Shown piece by piece: positions 57,891 to 64,000 of a DNA stretch of 64,000 nucleotides (the first letter of the stretch is position 1; each line of letters starts with the position of its first letter). The stretch is from Octopus bimaculoides (taxonomy: Eukaryota). The stretch lies in contig NC_068984.1 of NCBI RefSeq assembly GCF_001194135.2, forward strand, positions 41,834,581 to 41,898,580, in the 5' to 3' direction. Below the pieces are notes generated by a model. The model was not told where the DNA came from. It saw only the letters and a list, made by a program, of their open reading frames with translations, and did not search any database. The position numbers and the translations under genes are program-made.

Positions 57891-58386
57891 GGTGTTTTAA
57901 CATAACATCTATAATAAGTTGGATACAGTGATTACCTTTTTGTATTAATACTGTACACATCACTAATAGTTAATACATACATATATATATATATATATGT
58001 ATAAAAGGTTATGTGTGCTAGAACTGGAGATAGCCATTCAAATTATCGATTAAAAGATATATTGTTATATTACCATCATTGTTTTAATGTCCACTTTTCC
58101 ATGCTTGCATGGGTTTGATCAAGTTTATTGAAGCAGATATTCTACTGCCGGTTGTTCTTCCTATCACCAACCCTCACCTGTTTACAAGTGAGGTAATATT
58201 TGCCAATGGCTGGACATGCTTTTGTACAATATAGGAAACAAATGATACTTCTTATGCATTTGCATTTACACTGTAACAAACATCATCATCTTTATGTGTA
58301 TATAAATATTTATTATTTAGATAGACTCCCAAGCAAAGAGAGAGTGAGAAAGATATTTGAGTACATACACACACATGCAGGTACGT

Positions 58387-58425
<39 letters not shown>

Positions 58426-58449
58426 ATCTGTTGGATTTTCTGCCAAGTG

Positions 58450-58569
58450 TTACAATTGTGAAGCTGGTTCAATGTTGAGCAGTTGCAGGCCATTTAACAT
58501 AACTTGATGAACAGCAGTAAGAAGATGTAATCGAGCATACATCAAAGGTAAAAGATGTTGACGTGGCTC
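58450..58569 (-). CDS. DALRD3: DALRD3 terminal coding exon (EPRQHLLPLMYARLHLLTAVHQVMLNGLQLLNIEPASQL*)
   Basis: TACAG acceptor, phase 0, TAA at 58450-58452. Matches the recalled human DALRD3 C-terminus ([39 protein letters not shown]). Confidence 0.9.
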   Translation of the reverse strand, partial: EPRQHLLPLMYARLHLLTAVHQVMLNGLQLLNIEPASQL

Positions 58570-59189
58570 CTGTAATAATAATAATAATAATAATAATAAA
58601 GATGAAAATGATAATAATAATAATAATAATAATAATGATAGCGATAATAATAATTCTATAAAAAAACATTTGGAATATTACAAAAACAAACAACAGTGGG
58701 GTATTACATAAACATATGAACAATGATATCAAACAAGAGAATTATGACAAATCAAATTTCCCAGTAGGGAAGAAAATACCATCCAGGGTAACCAAGGAAA
58801 CTCACAGACCCTGAGTTATCCTGACTTGGAACCCATAAGGATGGAGGAAGAGAGCACACCCTAAAAAATAAAAGTGGAGATAGGATAATGAGACAGAGCT
58901 ACAAAAGGCAGGGATCCAACTGAGAGAAACAGAAAAGACAGTTCTGAATCAAAAACAGTGGAGAAAAGCTGTTGATAGCCTATACTCCATAGGGAGAAAA
59001 GGCCTTAAGTAAATAAGCATCTGGCTTGATACTTTTCTAACTCTGTTATCCATCGTCCTTAAATAATGCTAAAATAACTGAAACATCTGACAACTTTGAT
59101 AAAGCGTAAATCTGATCCCTGGCAATACTAAATCAGTTTATAAAGTTCCATATTGTTGCAGAATTGTGCAATTCTTTACTACAAACAAA

Positions 59190-59890
59190 CTGCCATGTTT
59201 GATATGTAGGGAAGGTGTGGGTTGTAATTCCATTTGCTGCACCAAGTGTAAGCAATGGACACATAAGAGATGCAGTGAAATAGTGGGAAGGTTATCAGAT
59301 AAGGTTACTTTCGTGTGTGGCAGATGTGCATGAGGGACTTAAACTCTCTCAAATGCCCAGGAGCTTCTCTTGAAGTAGTAGATAATTTCTGTTATTTGGG
59401 TGACCAAATTAGTAATGATGGTGGATGTTCTGAAAGTATTGTTTCTAGAATAAGAATAGGGTGGAGGAAGGACTCTCACTCAGAGTGAAAGGTTGATTGT
59501 ATGATGCTTGTGTGAGAACAGCTATGTTACAGGGTAGTGAGACATGGGCTCTGACTGCAGAGGACATGTGTAGGCTGGAGAGGAATGACAGTAGTATATT
59601 TCGTTGGATTTGCAACATCAGTGTGCATGACCACCAAAACACAACTGTGTTGAGAGAAAAGTTGGGCATAAGAGGGATTAAATCTGGTATGAAAGAGAGG
59701 AGGATGCGTCAGTTCGGACATGTGATGCACATGAGTGAAGACAGCTGTATACAGAAGTATCTGTCATTGAAAGTGGATGGTGCTGTGGAAGACATGGGAT
59801 GAAGTTGTGAGGACTGATTTAGGATGTTGGGCCTCACGGAGGAAATAACAGTGGACCAAAATGTTTGGTGATATGAGATGCTAGAGAAAA
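59190..59890 (+). mobile_element. Decayed RTE-class LINE ORF2 C-terminal part
   Basis: CREGVGCNSICCTKCKQWTHKRCS; LYDACVRTAMLQGSETWAL...FGHVMHM. Confidence 0.82.
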
Positions 59891-60607
59891 CCTGTTCACA
59901 AAACTTTCCATTTTGTCACTCTGTCTCTCCTCTGGTTTTCCTTCTGACTAGGTAACCAAGTATCTCCTTTACATCAGCACATTTGTTTCTGACCTCTTTC
60001 TCTCACTGTATAACCATGTACCTCCTCTATAGCAAGACACCTATTTCTGCCTCTCTATTTCTCTGTTACACTCTAACATTTCACCATTTGATACTGGATC
60101 AGCTCCTCTAAAGCCCCCTCTGTTGTGGCAAGACAACTGCTTCTGTCTCTCCGTATCTTTGTCACACTCTAACCTTTCATCCTCTGACACAAGTTCCCCT
60201 CCTCAAATGCCCTGCCCCTCTCATAATCCCTTGTCTTGTGACTTACTTGGTTACCCTGCCAGTGCTGGTGCCATATTAAAAAACATCCAGTCCACACTGT
60301 AATGTGGCTGGCGTCTGGAAAGACATCCAGCTGTAAAAATCTTGTCAAAACTAACTCTGCCTGTGCTACTGCCACGTAAAAAGCACTGAGTCTGCTCTGC
60401 AGAATGGCTGGTGTTAGGAAGGGCATCAAACTGAAAAACCCCTACCAAAACAGATACAGTAGCCTAGGGAAGTTTTTCTACTTTGCTGGCTCCTGGCATC
60501 TGTCCTACCCATGCATGCATGGAAGATGGACGCGTTAAACGATGATGATGATGAAATCCCTGAGGTAGTAAACAAATTAGTGCAAGGTACAAAACAAGTA
60601 TACTTAC

Positions 60608-60676
60608 CCCAAGAACATGAACTCGACTGTAGTAGGAACTTAAGCAGTGACTTAATGACACCAAAAAACCAGCAAC
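60608..60676 (-). CDS. DALRD3: DALRD3 penultimate coding exon (VAGFLVSLSHCLSSYYSRVHVLG)
   Basis: TTCAG acceptor, GGG|GTAAGT donor; 69 nt, phase 0 to 0. Matches the recalled DALRD3 [20 protein letters not shown] and joins in frame to the terminal exon. Confidence 0.9.
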
Positions 60677-60757
60677 CTGAAGTATATATTAGATATTTGA
60701 AGTGAAACATTTAGCATTCATGTTCTTTTTTCAGACAAGGCTATGGAGAGAAGACAA

Positions 60758-60988
60758 AATAATAATAATAATAATCCTTTCTACTATAGGCACAAAGCCT
60801 GAAATTTTAGAGGAGGGGACTAGGTGATTACATTAACCTCAGTGTTTCACTGGTACTTAATTTATTGACCTCGACAGGATGAAAGGCAAAGTCAACCTTG
60901 GTGGAATTTGAACTTAGAACATAAAGGCAGACAAAATACCTCTAAGCATTTCTACCAACGTGCTAGTGATTCTGCCAGCTTGCCGCCT
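60758..60988 (-). mobile_element. Full-length family-1 SINE abutting the satellite
   Basis: (ATT)n tail at 60758-60775, head ending at 60988. Confidence 0.85.
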
Positions 60989-60990
60989 CC

Positions 60991-63900
60991 AAAATAAGAA
61001 TAATAATAATCCGTTCTGCTAAAGGCACAAGGCCTGAAATTTGGGAGTTGATAGAATAATAATAATTCTTTCTGTTAAAGTCACAAGGCCTGAAACTTTT
61101 TGGTGGGAGGAGAGAATAATAATAATCATTTGTGTTAAAGGCACAAGGCCTGAAATGTTTTTTGGGGGAGAGAGAGAATAATAACAATTCTTTCTGCTAA
61201 AGGCACAAGGCCATAAGTTTTTTTGGTGGGGAGAGAGAATAATGATAATCCTTTCTGCTAAAGGCACAAGGCCTGAAATTTGGGAGTGGAGAGAATAATC
61301 ATAATTCTTTCTGTTAAATGCACAAGGCCTGTAATTTGGGAGGGGGAAGAAGAATAATAATTCTTATTGTAAAAGGCACAGGGCCTCAAATTTTTTTGGT
61401 GGAGAGAGAGAATAATCATAATTCTTTCTGTTAAAGGCACAAGGCCTGAAATATGGGAGGGGGGAGAATAATAATAATTCTTTCTGTAAAAGGCACAGGG
61501 CCTGAAATTTTTTTGGTGGAGAGAGAGAATANNNNNNNNNNNNNNNNNNNNNNNNNNNNNNNNNNNNNNNNNNNNNNNNNNNNNNNNNNNNNNNNNNNNN
61601 NNNNNNNNNNNNNNNNNNNNNNNNNNNNNNNNNNNNNNNNNNNNNNNNNNNNNNNNNNNNNNNNNNNNNNNNNNNNNAGAATAATAATAATTCTTTCTGC
61701 TAAAGGCACAAAGCCTGAAATTTGGAGGTTGGGGAGAATAATAATATTCCTTTCTGCTAAAGGCACAAGGCCTGAAATTGTTTTTGTGGGGAGAGATAAT
61801 AATAATAATCCAGTCTGCTAAAGGCAGAAGGCCTGTAATTTGGTAGTGGGGAGAATAATAATAATTCTTTGTGTTAAAGGCACAAGGCCTGAAATTTTTT
61901 AGGTGGGGAGAGAGAATAATAATCCTTTCTGCTAAAGGCACAAGGCCTGAAATTTAGGAGGGGGGGAGAATAATCATAATTCTTTGTGTTAAAGGCACAA
62001 GGCCTGAAATTTTTTTAGTGGGGAGAGAAAATAATTCTTTCTGCTAAAGGCACAAGGCCTGAAATTGAGGAGGGGAGGACAATAATAATAATCCTTTGAA
62101 TTAAAGGCACAAAGCCTGAAATTTGTTTGGTGGGAGAGAGAATAATAATAATCCTTTCTGCTAAAGGCACAAGGCCTGAAATTTGGGAGTAGAGAGAATA
62201 ATCATAATTCTTTCTGTTAAAGGAACAAGGCCTGAAATTTTTTTGGTGGGGAGAGATAATAATAATCCTCTCTGCTAAAGGCACAAGGCCTGAAATTTAG
62301 GAGGGGTGGAGAATAATAATATTCCTTTCTGCTAAAGGCACAAGGCCTGAAATTTAGGAGGGGTGGAGAATAATAATAAACCTTTGTGCTAAAGGCACAA
62401 GGCCTGAAACTTTTTTGTGGGAGACAGAATAATAATAATCCTTTCTGTTAAAGGGACAAGGCCTGAAATTTGGGAATGGGAAGAATAATAATAATCCTTT
62501 GTGTTAAAGGCCCGAGGCCTGGAATTTGGGAGTTGGGAGAATAATAATAAATCTTCCTGTTAAAGACACAAGGACTGAAACTTTTTGGTGGGAAGAGAGA
62601 ATAATAATAATCCTTTCTGCTAAAGGCACAAGGCCTGAAATTTTTTGGGGGGGAGAGACAATAATAATAATCATTTCTGCTGAAGGCACAAGGACTGAAA
62701 TTTGGGAGTGGAGAGAATAATCATAATTCTTTCTGTTAAAGGCACAAAACCTGAAATTTAGGAGGAGGGGGAGTATAATAATAATCCTCTCTGCTAAAAG
62801 CACAAGGCCTGAAATTTAGGAGGGGTGGAGAATAATAATAATCCTTTGTGCTAAAGGCACAAACCTGAAATTTTTTTGGTGGGAGAGAGAATAATAATAA
62901 TCCTTTCGGCTAAAGGTACAAGGCCTGAAATTTAGGAGGATGGGGAGTATAATAATAATCCTCTCTGCTAAAGGCACGAGGCCTGAAATNNNNNNNNNNN
63001 NNNNNNNNNNNNNNNNNNNNNNNNNNNNNNNNNNNNNNNNNNNNNNNNNNNNNNNNNNNNNNNNNNNNNNNNNNNNNNNNNNNNNNNNNNNNNNNNNNNN
63101 NNNNNNNNNNNNNNNNNNNNNNNNNNNNNNNNATAATATTCCTTTCTGCTAAAGGCACAAGGCCTGAAATTTAGGAGGGGTGGAGAATAATAATATTCCT
63201 TTCTGCTAAAGGCACAAGGCCTGAAATTTAGGAGGGGTGGAGAATAATAAAATTCCTTTTTGCTAAAGGCACAAGGCCTGAAATTTGTTTGGTGGGAGAG
63301 AGAATAATAATAATCCTTTCTGTTAAAGGGACAAGGCCTGAAATTTGGGAGTGGGGAGTATAATAATAATCCCTTGTGTTAAAGGCCCAAGGCCTGAAAT
63401 TTGGGAGTTGGGAGAATAATAATAAATCTTTCTGTTAAAGGCACAAGGCCTGAAACTTTTTGGTGGGAAGAGAGAATAATAATAATCCTTTCTGCTAAAG
63501 GCACAAGGCCTGAAATTTAGGAGTGGTGGAGAATAATAATAATCATTTGTGTTAAAGGCACAAGGCCTGAAATGTTTTTGGGGGGAGAGAGAATAATAAC
63601 AATTCCTTCTGCTAAAGGCACAAGGCCTGAAATTTAGGAGGTGTGGAGAATAATAATAAACCTTGTGTTAAAGGCACAAGGCCTGAAATTTTTTTTAGGG
63701 GGAGAGAGAATAATAATCATTTCTGCTAAAGGTACAAGGATTGAAATTTGAGAGTGGAGAGAATATTCATAATTCTTTCTGTTAAAGGCACAAAGCCTGT
63801 AATTTGGGAGGGGGGAAAATAATAATGATTCTTACTGTTAAAGGCACAAGGCCTGAAATTTTTTTGGTGTGAGAAAGAATAATAATAATCCTTTGTGTTA

Positions 63901-64000
63901 AAGGCACAAGGCCTGAAATTTAGGAAGGGGGGAGAATAATAATAATTCTTTCTGTTACAAGCACAAGGCCTGAAATTTAGGAAGAAGGGGAGTATAATAA
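60991..64000. repeat. Satellite of ~55-62-bp monomers derived from the family-1 SINE 3' end; runs off the right edge
   Basis: Consensus AATAATAATCCTTTCTGYTAAAGGCACAAGGCCTGAAATTT-(G/purine-rich)-GAG; roughly 45-50 monomers; two N-gaps inside. Confidence 0.95.

Noticed and set aside
60991-64000. Regularly spaced repeat resembling a CRISPR array; MPLAERIII.. ORFs
   Set aside because: The variable parts are related purine tracts, not unique spacers; the unit is SINE-derived, the context eukaryotic, and no cas genes are present. The ORFs are translation artefacts of the repeat.

Overview
AT-rich, microsatellite- and SINE-dense eukaryotic DNA with 11 N-gaps; the repeat content points to an octopus genome (inference). 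Two host genes lie on the minus strand. (1) A divergent SLCO/OATP organic-anion transporter: 10 exons with phase-compatible splice sites were reconstructed between 35314 and 4785; at least one internal exon is unresolved and the 3' end runs off the left edge. (2) The last two coding exons of DALRD3 (60608-60676, 58450-58569). The rest is intronic/intergenic and packed with tRNA-derived SINEs (4 families), RTE- and REL-type LINE ends, two Penelope-like elements (PLEs), Helitron, mariner, pogo/Tigger, hAT-MITE, ISL2EU-like, Chapaev-like and Gypsy remnants. Most notable: two sequence-unrelated ~450-bp fold-back insertions (6.6-7.0 kb and 36.8-37.3 kb) share one architecture (target-site-like direct repeat, hairpin-rich leader, near-perfect 79/120-bp inverted arms, type I hammerhead-ribozyme motif in the loop). 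One lies in sense orientation in an SLCO intron. Also notable: a >3-kb satellite with higher-order structure built from a SINE 3' end, inside a DALRD3 intron. All family assignments come from motif recognition by eye; no database search or folding program was run.
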